A DNA stretch of 64,000 bases from NCBI GenBank assembly GCA_946965045.2, contig OX337239.1, forward strand, positions 2,356,001 through 2,420,000, given 5' to 3'. Positions 51,666 through 63,200 of the stretch are shown here, one piece after another. Source of the DNA: Epithemia pelagica. Its lineage: Eukaryota; Protista; Bacillariophyta. Below the pieces are notes generated by a model, which was not told where the DNA came from, did no database searches, and was given only the letters and a program-made list of their open reading frames with translations. Every line of letters begins with the position of its first letter. Within the stretch, counting starts at the first letter, position 1. The position numbers and the translations under genes are program-made.

Positions 51666-52014
51666 ACTACACCAGGCCGGCGCGTTAGCGAACGGAAAGT
51701 AGAATACTTCCGGAAACCTAGGATGATAGATGAAAACTAAACTAGCCTTCACACTCTTTGCTGTTTCGGTTTTCTGAATTAGGGGGAAGGAGGAATCCAC
51801 AGTGCCACGTGCGACGAGAAATGACTGGAGGAGGAACAGCCAGATGGCGGAAGAGTCATGTCGCAGTGTCAAGAACGCGAACCGGGAATGGAACGTGGCG
51901 ACACGTATGGCGGGATCCATATAGGGGTACCGCACTCTACCTCTCCCTGGTCGGACCTAGGGAGTTCGAGCGGGACAAGAATGGGAAAGCTTGGAGACCA
52001 GCATTAAAACCCAT

Positions 52015-55000
52015 TTATCCACGAAATGGAACAAGGCGACGAATGTTAATTTGTTCAGTGACGTGGGGACCACGTTGGATAGTCACAGTGCCATTGGAAT
52101 GGACTTGTGTAATCCGAAAGGGATTGGGGCTTGTGCGGAGCTCAAGCTTGTCCGGATTCGTGGCGCGAAGGAGCACACGATCATTGACAGCGTAGTCATG
52201 AAAGACACGAGAACGATTTGCGAGACGAGCGCGTTCATCGACAATCTGTTGTCGTTTCAGACGGACTGTTTCCATGTCCGCAATAATAGGTATGTCGAAC
52301 AGCATGTCGCGATGGAACGCAAGGCTGCCGGGAGAATATTTCAAGGCGCCGTGAATGGCAGTGCGAGTGGAATACGCAGCGGTCTGCAGAGCAGTATCCA
52401 CGGCAAGTGCAGCATTGTGCGCATCTTGTGGTGGTTCATAGTTGGTGATCACACGAAGAGTGTTGCCAACAGTCAAATCTAATTGCTCGCAAAGAGCATT
52501 TGATTGAGGATTCTTGGCCGTCAACGGCACTGGCTTAATGCCATGGTTTCGAAGAACTTGCGTGAACGCATGTCCGATAAATTCACCGCCTTGATCAAAA
52601 AGGCAACGAACGGGACGTGGATAGCGTGAGAGCCACGCGTTTTCCAATTGAAGACCCACGTGACGTGCCGTCTTATCATGGATGCGAATGAGTTCGCAGA
52701 AGTTAGTGACATTATCGATAATAGTCAAGGCTTGAAATGTTAATTTCTGCCCATGAACGGTAATGTTCCACGGTCCAATGAGGTCGACAGAGATGTCAGC
52801 CCATGGATTGCCTCGGACCTCGCGAGGAGGGAGTTCACCGTAATGGCGATGTATGACTTTAGAGCGTTGGCATGTAGCACAACTAGCCACGGCTTGTTCA
52901 CAATACAAACCCAAATTAGGATGACTCATGTGCATAGAGATTGTCTCACGAAGACGTGTAGACCCCAAGTGATTGAGGGACAGGTGATACCAATTAACGG
53001 TATGGGCCAAGAGGCTGTCTGGGATACGAATGCGCCATGCGGCATTAGGATTCTGACGATAACAAATCAAGTTGTGTTGGGAATTTTCCGTAGGAATAGG
53101 TTGGAGATGGAATCTCTGTGGTTGTTCGGTCAACTTGGCCACAAGAGCGGCATCGTTCTGTTGGTGTTGATGGATCGTCGCGTAATTGACGGGCAATGGT
53201 TGATTTGCGTTGATGGGAGGATGATTGAGGTAGACATCGATCAAATCCTCATCCATGAAGATGGGAGATTTGAAAGCGTCGGGATCACGCGAGTGATGAG
53301 AGCGGGGGTCATCATTAGGGCCATGAGGCACTTGCAACACTGAGTGTTGTCCGCTATGATCATAGAGCGATCGTGGATGCGGCGAGGCATCCGTAGAGGA
53401 GGTCGACGACGGAGAGACACTCTTCTCCTCCTCTTCAGAGAGAGGGAGACGCGACAAGGCGTCGGCGATGACATTGTCCTGGCCAGGGACGTAGTGAAAG
53501 ATAGGGTGATACTCCTCGAGGAACAACCGCCAACGGAGGACCCGTTGCGAGTTGAGAGTAGCGTAGGTAAGATTTTTATGGTCCGTATGGACGTGCAGTT
53601 CGGCGCAGCCGAGAAGCATGGAGCGGAACTCCTTAAGGGTTTCGACAATGGAGAGTAACTCCTTTTCCATAGTAGTGTAGTTGCGTTGAGCAGGGTTTAA
53701 CTTGCGAGAGTAATAAGCGACGGGAACGTCTTGTTGCATGATTACAGCACCAAGCTGGTAATCAGAGGCGTCCACATAGACATGGAAGGGAAGGTTATGG
53801 TCGGGATACCGAAGGAAGGCATCATGTGCGAGCATGGACTTGGCTTGTTCAAAAGCACGTTGACATTGCGGGGACCAAACGAGGGTTTTGTTACCCGTAA
53901 TGGATGTGAGGGGAGCAAGAATATGAGATCGTTGTGGATACATGTGGCGATAGAAATTGATCATGCCAATGAAGGAACGAAGTTCTTTCATGGTTTTTGG
54001 CGGAGCCAATGCCAGGATGGCTGAGATCTTCTTTTTCCAGGGTTTGATCCCAGTGGGCGTAAGCCAATGGCCGAGCCATTCCGTTTCTTTTACGGCCCAT
54101 TCACATTTGGAAGGGTTGATGGAGAAGTTCTTGTCTTGAAGACGTTGGAGAACTTTGGACAGGATGCCCACATGTTCTTTCCAAGAATTGGAGAAGATGC
54201 CAATGTCGTCGATATAGACTTCGACATGGTCGCTGAAGTCCTTGAGGACTTCTTCCATGATCTCTTGACAGAAGTCAGGAGACTGTTTAACACCCATCGG
54301 CAAACGACGGTAACGAAATTTGCCAAAAGGCGTGGTAATGACGCAAAGATTGCTTGACTCTTCATCGAGCTTGAACGTATAGAAACACATAGAAATGTCA
54401 AGTTTCGTAAAATACTTGTAGCCTTTCCGTTTTCGGAGCATATCCTCGATACGAGGGAACGGATAGACCCGACGATAAAGTTGGGCGTTCAGAGAACGAA
54501 AGTCCGAAATCATTCGGATTCGACCATCCTTTTTGGGAATGGCGAAGTGAGGAGCAGCCCATTCGGTAGAACCGACACGCTCAAGGATGCCGATGTCGAC
54601 GAAGCGCCACAGCTCCTTCGTGAAGGTATCATGTATATTGCGGGGCACTGAAAAGTGACGATGATGGACAGGCTGGGCATCAGGCTTGAGATGAAGATAC
54701 AGCCTTCAGTCCGGATATGCACGGAGCTCGCCATCGAAGATTTTGCCACAGTCTTGCCAAATAGCAAGAAGATCTTGCTTTTGGGCATCGGTAAGATGAT
54801 TCTGTTTGTCAATCAACTCTTGTAGATCCGTAGGAACGTAGTTCGAATCCAAGAGGAATTGGTCACCAATAATGGGATCGTCGGCAAAGATGTCGATGAA
54901 ATGAGACATGAATGTCTGGTCTGTGGCGAATGAATCGCGGTGGCGCATAGCGACATCAACTGAGTCCCAAGTTGTGAGACCAGTGTTGAAATTGAGCACA

Positions 55001-57096
55001 ATGCCCAAGCGACGCAAGAGATCGCGGCCAATAATTATGTCATAACGACAATTGGGGGCATCAAAGATGTCGGCCCAAAGGGGGTATGAAATGTGTTTGG
55101 TCCGAGAAAACACGGGGAGAACCAAATCTTCGAGAAGAATCTCGGAGACGTGGTCGCGCGTACCCATGGTGGTATTGACAGACCGATTGGTTACACGTGG
55201 ATGCATGCCGGGCTGAAGACAGCGCGCGTGCAGGATCGTCTTGTCGGCGCCTGAATCGAGCAGGGCACGCAACGGGACGGTGTTCTCGACTCCACCAATG
55301 GACCGAGCCATCAAAATGGTAAGGGGAACAGACGGAGGCTCAGAGGGAGCGACCGAAAGGGGACTAGATAAACTAGGAGCGTCAGAGACAGAACTAGATG
55401 AGTAGACATCTTCATAGTGATCTAGGTTAGATAAAAAACCATTATTGGGATCAACGATGTCAGCGATGACAGCATCCGTAGGATTGGGACAGTTTTTAAC
55501 ACAAGGGGAAGCGACAGTATTCGTCGTTGCCTCCAGGGGAGGACAGGTCGTAGATGTGGGCGATATCCATGTTACGCCCGTAGATCTTGAACAATTGTTC
55601 ACGGACTTCGAGAATTGGGGCCTGAGGATGGCATTCTCGGCCGGCATAGCCTGTGGAGGGCCAGTCTGGATGTGACATTGCTGAGCAAAAAGAACATCAA
55701 GGTGATGAGAAATATCCGGAGAGGATGAGGTAAAAAAGGAAGAAGAGCACATACCGGGGACCGTTCGATCGGCATTGCGGAGACTCGACCAATCACGAGT
55801 ATCAGCGAGAGGACGTTGACGAGCACGATAAGCCGCGTCTTGCACAGAAGGCAACGGCTCGGCCAACGACGGATCAACCGGTGGATTGTCGCATGTGTTG
55901 GTGCCTTCAGAGGCATGCTGGTCTGAGCCAGATCCAGAACGACGGGGAACAGCGCCCCAACTGGAACCAATAGGGCGCGATCCTCCAGATGAGGGAGTTC
56001 CCTGGCTACGAGAGCCTTGGCCGTTACGGCCTTGGTTCTGAGAACCATTGTTGGGGTGAGACCCAGTAGGGGTACGAAGACCAGACCCGGTACGGGCAAG
56101 AAAGGCGTTGAAACGCTCTTGGTTAAAATTGGAGGACTGCGGGTTGTAGATGCAGTTGGCCCAAGTATGATTGGCGTGCGAAGGAATCGCGTCCTTGTAC
56201 GGACAGGCATCGCCGTCATTGACGGGACGATCACCGGACGCTTGGCGTCCACCATTAGACTGGCGATTGCCGCCGCGGAGACCGCCACGGCCACCATTAG
56301 AGGAGCGAAAACGCTTCGTAGAACCACGAGAAGTGGAATCATCGCGAGGATTGCGGGACTTGGCCTGGGACTGTGCGTTGGCAGCCATCTTCTCTTGGGA
56401 GGCCCGTTGATAGCCACGCATCGCATGAAGGAGGTCGGTGACATTGAAATGGTTCACCAAATCTGCAACCAAGGGATTGGCCGTCTTGAACTCGTTGCGC
56501 CAAGCAACAGGGGAGCCGAGATAGAAGGCTTGCTTCAACTCATCGTCAGTGAGGGTTTGGACAGCGTTGTCGTTAGACAAGTAACGGAGACCGTTGGAAA
56601 TCTTCTGGAGGGTGTGATAATGGATATCCACGGTCATATCAGGTGGCTTGCGAGGACCGCTAAGAAGGTGTGCCTGAAAGGCATTGACTTCGGAAACCGT
56701 CAACTTGGGTTCGAAGATCGTAGCAATCAACCGTTTGAAACACGCCTCATCAAGGTCGGCGCCATCAGGCAAGGCCTGGAATGCATCATGAAACTTGTCC
56801 GCTACGAGACTTGTGGTTACACGGGGAAAGTAGGTGCAACAGGCAGCAAAGGGCTCTGGATGACCGGAGATCTTGACCTTGTCAACAAAATGGAGGACCC
56901 ACAGGAAGAGATTCGAGGGCTCTTCGTCCACGCCATCGCGGAATGGCAAGAGACGGACGTAGTACTTGTCATCGTCGTCGTCTTTCATCTTGAGGGTGGA
57001 AAGAGCAGAGGAAGAATCTGACGATGAGGCTTGATCAAAGCGCTTTTGGAAGCGTTGAACATCCGCAAGGGACACGAGGGAAGATCCTGTGCTCAT
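52015..57096 (-). pseudogene. Gypsy Gag-PR-RT-RH-IN frame with one in-frame TGA (54706-54708) between PR and RT
   Basis: ALLDSGAD (PR); LDISMCFY, YIDDI (RT); VDASD, EKELLSI, TDHKNL (RH); HHCC, SVDLIGP, DQGGEF (IN). The two ORFs share one frame. Confidence 0.9.
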
Positions 57097-57224
57097 GATG
57101 AGACTGCAAAAGAAAGGAAAGGAAAGGAATCAAAGGATGATGAGATCAACGAGGATCGGCCAAAGAACGGCAGGTGGTTATGGTGAAAGAGTGTTGGGGG
57201 AAGTTTTCGAGCTTCTGATCAGAG

Positions 57225-57440
57225 TGCCTTACCCATGTAAAATAGCACGGTATAAAAATTGTGATCTTTAGGAATTACGAGGAATTAGGGGGAATGAGGA
57301 ATCCACAGTGCCACGTGCGACGAGAAATGACTGGAGGAGGAACAGCCAGATGGCGGAAGAGTCATGTCGCAGTGTCAAGAACGCGAACCGGGAATGGAAC
57401 GTGGCGACACGTATGGCGGGATCCATATAGGGGTACCGCA
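57225..57440 (-). repeat. Gypsy 5' LTR
   Basis: Matches the split copy; imperfect terminal IR TGCCTTACC/GGTACCGCA. Confidence 0.95.
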
Positions 57441-57641
57441 GATGCATGGTACACACTCAATGTGAGGCGTGGCCGGCGTTCAGATTGCATTAGCGATCGA
57501 TCGATGACACACCTGGCGCTGTGTGAAAAAAACACCAGCGTATTGTACAAAATTTTCTACAAGAGTAGAGTTGGGGGGCGCGATGGGGGTGAAAGCGCGG
57601 CGGTCTTTGGTTTTGGTTGCCTGTCACAGACAGTGTCACAA

Positions 57642-59006
57642 CCCTCGGTATCAGTGTCCACTGCTTAGCTGTTTTTTGTCTGTGCCACCTTCACAGGTTC
57701 CCAAGTGGACACAGCCAGCATTTTATGTTTTTCGTCTGTCTGTCTACCCAATAAAATTCCTCAGGGTTGGAGCAAGGCCAGCGTGCATGTGACAGTTGAC
57801 GGTTGGTGGTTGTCCTCTGGTCACCACGATTCAAATTTTTTGGGCAACCCTCCCGTCCTCGTCTGTCACAAAACACCAAAAACCGAGCCAAATGCTTGAC
57901 CATGACGTGAGGTGAGAACAATGGATGCAACATGCTGGGCTGAACCTGAACTGCTTCTCACTTCTCACTTCTCACTACTGTGGCTTATTTCTAATCTTCT
58001 TGTTTCTTTTTCTTTCTTCTCACTCATCACTGCTGCAATCTTTCCTCTTGTTCATGCATGATCCTTTGGCTTGTCTCTTGTTGAACAAGTAGACTAGGAA
58101 CAAGCCGCTTGATGTCAACTGGAGTATCTTACCCGTCTCATTTGTTGATGTAGGAGTAATTGTTTTGTTGTTTGATTGTTGGTTGGTTGCTTTCATGTCT
58201 TCTGTAGGATAGATGATTCACTATCGTCATAGGTTGTAGCATCATCTCATTTCTCAATGACCGAACACTTTGTTCTTTTTGCTTCAAATAGATGGGAAGC
58301 CCTCTTGCTCTTGCCACACCCTACTTCCCATGTCTATCAGTTCATAGAGTCATAAGTTGTAGCTGTAGCGTGTGAGAGCTGCTTGTGTTCATGGTGAAAC
58401 TGAGAGTGATTGCCATGCTCAAAACAGAAAAGAGATCTGCAACGAATTCAGAATGCACTGAACTCTACGAATGAATAGCACTTGAGTTCTATTTCTACTC
58501 CTAGTATATAAAGAAAACAATGTCTGCAGTCTGTTTATGAATCGAATGAAAGTTATCAAAAATCCGTCATTTCGACATGTAGAATGGCACGTAATGAGCT
58601 ACCCAGAGACACAACAGATGATCGCCTCTCTTCCCATGAGCAGAGCAAACAAAAGTGACAAGTGTCAGTGATCAGTGAGCATGAGCTATGTATTTGTCAT
58701 GGCAATTGGCAGCGGATCACACTCACCTGGAATGCCATTCGTACGGTGTGCTTCGGCAACAAGAGAAAAGAATTGTGTGCTTGTCATTATGAATTATGGA
58801 GCAACCAGCAGTTATCCACGCACGGCCGCTTGCTGGGCATGCGTCTGTTTCAAACTGTGAAAACTCCAGCTGGGTATGCGTGCCAATTTGCCATTTGATC
58901 ATTTCTATTTGTCTCAAAAGCAAAAAATGATGTCTGTGTCCACCTGGGAACCTAAAATGATGGCACAGACAAAAAACAGCTAAGCAGTGGACACTGATAC
59001 CGAGGG
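57642..59006. mobile_element. Non-autonomous TIR DNA element (1365 bp, about 90-bp TIRs, CpG-depleted interior)
   Basis: The first 46 bp (CCCTCGGTATCAGTGTCCACTGC...) are perfectly inverted at 59006, then imperfect to about 90 bp; no TSD seen. Confidence 0.85.
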
Positions 59007-59267
59007 ATTCTATTGTGTCAACAAAAAGTAGAAGCAACCTGACTAATTTGGCAGCCTGACTAAATTTGGTGGGCGGAATTCTGGGGTCACCGCGATGCCA
59101 CCGTAGAAAACTTTGACAATTTATAACTTAACTTCTACTTAACCAATTTTGGAATTTGAGGTGTCATTCAAAAGCCCAGAACGAGATCTGTCGATTGGGC
59201 ACTTCAAAATGTGTTTTTGGCTGAAGGAAAGTTTAAATTGGTAGTCTAACTTAGCTACCTGCCCACA

Positions 59268-59306
59268 CACAGTCTCGATCAGATTTGGTGCAGTCTAGCA
59301 AGAAAC
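59268..59306 (+). other. Candidate RSS-like left terminus of the RAG1-like transposon
   Basis: CACAGTC + 23-nt spacer + GCAAGAAAC (heptamer 6/7, nonamer 6/9 versus the RSS consensus), pointing toward the transposase ORF. The partner end lies outside the window. Confidence 0.3.
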
Positions 59307-60240
59307 GACAATGACAAAGTCAGCATCCATCAAGGTAGCATGAATGCATAGTGTGTACCCAACAACTTCATTGTTGTCAACATGCTACCTTCAGCTCCAA
59401 CAGTATCATTATCATCACACAGACCTGATGATACACGCAGGAACCACTGTTGACATTCTCGCTGTGTCTTGTCCAGAAGGACTGGCATCTCGACTCCAAG
59501 GGAACCAGCAGTATGAACAAGAAGAACTTGATCCTGTCTATTGAGAAAGCCATGAAGGACATGAAAGACAATGAATAGGGGAGAAATCCGATTAATTAGT
59601 GTTATAGTGAGAAGTTACGTGTCAATTCACGTGATAGCCCGTATAACGTAAGGAGCACTTCGTATCCCAAGTCGCACGCATGCACCACTTTCATGCCGTC
59701 GCGACCATCTAAGAATCCCAAAAACTCACTATAAGCCAAATAGTGGAAAGAGTTTTTGGTTAAATAATACGGTCGTTTGGCATCAAATTTCACTCTTGAG
59801 CATCTCTTCTCCATTGGAAGCCCAAAACGGAGTCCATATCATGTATGTAACTCTGATGTAAGTATGCAAAAACTTTCTTCTATGTATCCAAATTGGATCC
59901 CCGACCTTGCATCAGAGTTACAATATTGTCTTTCATGCCCGTAAGTCCAACTGAAAGTGCCTCCAAATTATGAGAAAAAAAACCATGTCACGCTCGGCTT
60001 CCGTCCGAGATGGCATACTCACAATAATAATAATTCTACGTCTACGAATATAGTATTACGCAGTAGTCGCATGTTAATCGACAATTCCAAACTCTCCCTT
60101 CGACTCGATGAGATTGGGCCTCTCTCATCTTTTACAAGACGTCTCTTGATTTCGTAATGACCCGATTGACACATCCATCCAATCAATCGTCTCTCTCTGT
60201 ATCATAACCGGCCTCACGGTTTGATTGCGTTGACAGAGCC

Positions 60241-63200
60241 ATGATAACTCGATCTCAAACCACGACGAAACCAGGGAAAGAAGCAGCAACCACTCCAAAA
60301 GAACCCGACACCCCTCCACCTTCTCTTCGCCGCTCCTCCCGAATTGCTAAAGACCCTCCACCTCCCAAGGAACCTCCAGTCCCTTGCAAGGAACCTCCAC
60401 CCCCTCCCGAAGATCCTCCAGCACCTCCCAAAGAGCGTCTTGTCCCTCCCAAGGAACCTCCCGCCCCTTCACACCCTCTTCGGCGATCGTCCAGAATTGC
60501 TGAAGACTTACCGCCATCTCCCAATCTTCAAACTAGAGCCACCCGTCTGAACAAAGGCACGACGATATCCAACAGTTATGTCGAAAGGGAAAGGATTGCC
60601 AAGATTCGTAAGCAATTCAAGCACCACTACAAGAAGCCGTGTTCCGTTTTCGGTCTCGAACGAGAGGCCCGATATCGTGGTGGTTTTTTCTTCTGTCTAA
60701 ATTGCGAATATGCGGATAACAAGGAACGTGCCCAACCTCAACTCAAGGTCAATAGGTTCTCTGGTCTTTTCGGATGTGTTGCCGAGCACAAGAATGGTAT
60801 TTACCCAACAGACCGAATGATTGATGAGAAAAAAAGGAGACTCAAGAAACTTGCCGAACAACAGCGACAGAAAAAAGCCAAAGCCGACAAGGACGCCCAA
60901 CAAGAGATTGGTTCTCTTACAAATCCTGATTTATTGGAAGCAGAATCAAAACAATCAACACACGATCTCTCCGCCGAACCTTCTCCAACGAATCAAGGCC
61001 CAGAATGTCACTCACTTCAAGACAACGAATATGATGAATCCAGCAAACCCCCTTCACAACAGTCCATTTCGTTGACAGTCCCCAATGAACCAAATCTCAC
61101 ATTGGCTCAACCTGAAGAGGCGAATGTCCCCCCTCCTTCCATGAAGCATCCTCCCAATCCTTATGAAGACCAAGAATTTGTCAGTAGTCAGAAGAAACCC
61201 CCTCCTACCGGAACCAGTGATGCTCCCTCCAGCCAGACACTCATTCCACCACCAGATGACGACGGGGTTGAGTCAGACCGAATACCTGAAGACGATGGCT
61301 TCGAAGACACAATAGATAAGACTGTAATTCCCCGTAGTAGAAACGACCCTCCTGTGGATATCAATCGCGGTCTAACGATTCCACAGATCCTTGATCGATC
61401 TGACGCACCCCCGGAAACAACCACACCTTCAAACGAAGAACAAGAAGAAGAGAAGAAACAGTACACTGTTTCTCTGGTTAATGGACTGTTGTTGCAAGTC
61501 GAGTCCCTTAAAAAGAAGCTATCCAAAGAAGGACAAAGAAATGCAACTCTGAAGCGGCGTCTTTCCGAACAGCGGGCGAAAAACAAGTCGAGACTTGATC
61601 GTATATACTATCTCCAGAAAAAGACAGAACAATCTGGCCCAGATGGGATGGCTTCTCTTCCCTCTACCTGTTCCAAGGAAGAAAATGCTGAAATGATTAT
61701 CCGACACATCAAGGAAGTCATTCAATCTTCCGTGAAGAACCATCAAGTTGGTAGCCAAAGGTCCGACAAGTTTTTCAGAATGCTAACCAATATGCTTATG
61801 AATGACAACTTGCATGGAACGCAAGTTCGTGACATAATGGTTAAGGCTGTTTCCAACTATCTCAGGCAAACTTGTTTCTCACCTTTCCGTATTCTTCGGG
61901 AAATGGATACGACCGGTGGTGTTTTGAGTTTGTCAGGTCTTGAGATTTTGCGGAAGTGCGAGTCCGACGGGAGGAAGGGAGCCCATACAATGATCCCGAG
62001 TTCCGCGGCCATGAAGAAAGCCCAACAAGAAATAGAACGCTTTGCTGACACAATAGTTCCCTTCCATACCATTCGCAATACGAAAGACGGTTCGGAAGGA
62101 TTCATTTTCCGGGGGGCCGACACTATGAAAGGTGTTCTGAGATCCAATAATGCGTTGGAAGGTGAGGCGAAAGAAAGGGAACATACAGTGGCCTCGTGTA
62201 TGGATGGAGCCAGTCTTACTAGATCATTGGACCATACACTGGGTGGGGTCAAGTACAATGATATCTCCAACCCACTTCAACGGTCCCAGGCAGCTTGTGT
62301 CCCAACCTGTTGTGTCATTGGTCGGGAAAAGAAAAACACTGTACGCGGATTATTCTCTAGAATGTTGAAAGAAAACAAGGAAGCAGCCGAGACTGTACTC
62401 CCGAAAGCGTTCGGAATAAAAGAAGTGTACAATCCACTCAATGCCGATATGTCCTGTGATTTCAAAGTTTCAGACAAAGGAGGAGCGGTTAAAGTTGCGA
62501 AATATCCATGTGCCAAGTGTCACATTTCAAGTGATAACTTAACAAAGGGCCTGGAATCACCCGATGACTGCAAATGGTGTGATCACATGGACTACGCATC
62601 TACAGAAGATGGATGGATGTGTCGTCACTTTCCTATTTGCACCGACGACTATGTGCAAATCCGCAAGGACGAAATGAAAAAGTTCGAGAAGGACATGCCC
62701 CAGATCAAGGACCAGATTGAAGAAATATGGGCTAAGTCGAAAATTGCAATGAACAAGACAATGGACCCTAGAATGCCGGTCGATGAGATTCAGTTGAAAA
62801 CAGTCTCTTCAATTCACTTCGATGTGGCTCAGGCGTCAAACACTTTACAGAAGAGGTACTCTTCTTGGCTGAACCAGGATCTGGGTTTACGTAATTTGTC
62901 CGTAGATGGCAATGTGTTGGAACGACAGGATCGTTTACGACGCCAACTGATTTCGGAGTGGCAATATGTTGATTGCCATGATTGCGTCCGATTGTTCGGG
63001 GAAGGTACGGTCAGCACTGCACTTGTTATGGTCATGGATTCCATTCCCTGCATTCTCCACATGGAGATGCGAATGGGGCAGAAGATTTTGACTATGTGCT
63101 TCCGGACCGGGCTTATGAATGCCAAAAACAATCTACTTCCTTGGATTCAACGATCCAACCGTTCGTCTGTCGAGAAAAAATGCAAGTCCTTCCTTCGAGG

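Larger units (their letters stand above)
48257..51777 (+). mobile_element. Penelope-like element with 145-bp direct pLTR repeats
   Basis: Identical repeats at 48256-48400 and 51633-51777 flank an RT + GIY-YIG ORF. Confidence 0.92.
48199..57440 (-). mobile_element. Ty3/Gypsy LTR retrotransposon whose 3' LTR is split by a Penelope element
   Basis: TSD GATGC at 48194-48198 and 57441-57445; 216-bp 5' LTR at 57225-57440; 3' LTR in two pieces, 48199-48256 and 51778-51934; PPT AGGGAGAGGTAGAG next to 51934; the LTRs differ by 2 substitutions and a 2-bp indel. Confidence 0.95.

Noticed and set aside
51617-51730. Second hammerhead at CTGATGAG (about 51619) or GAAACCTAGG
   Set aside because: The two half-cores are not joined by a stem II and there is no NUH site.
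57304-57331. CACAGTG heptamer in the Gypsy LTR as an RSS
   Set aside because: No convincing nonamer at 12 or 23 nt, and it lies inside an LTR.
29928-57445. Similar TSDs (GACGC, GATGC) for Copia and Gypsy as a shared target preference
   Set aside because: Two observations from unrelated integrases are compatible with chance.
57544-59118. Outer inverted 16-17-bp match around the TIR element
   Set aside because: The intervening flanks do not align; too short and AT-rich.
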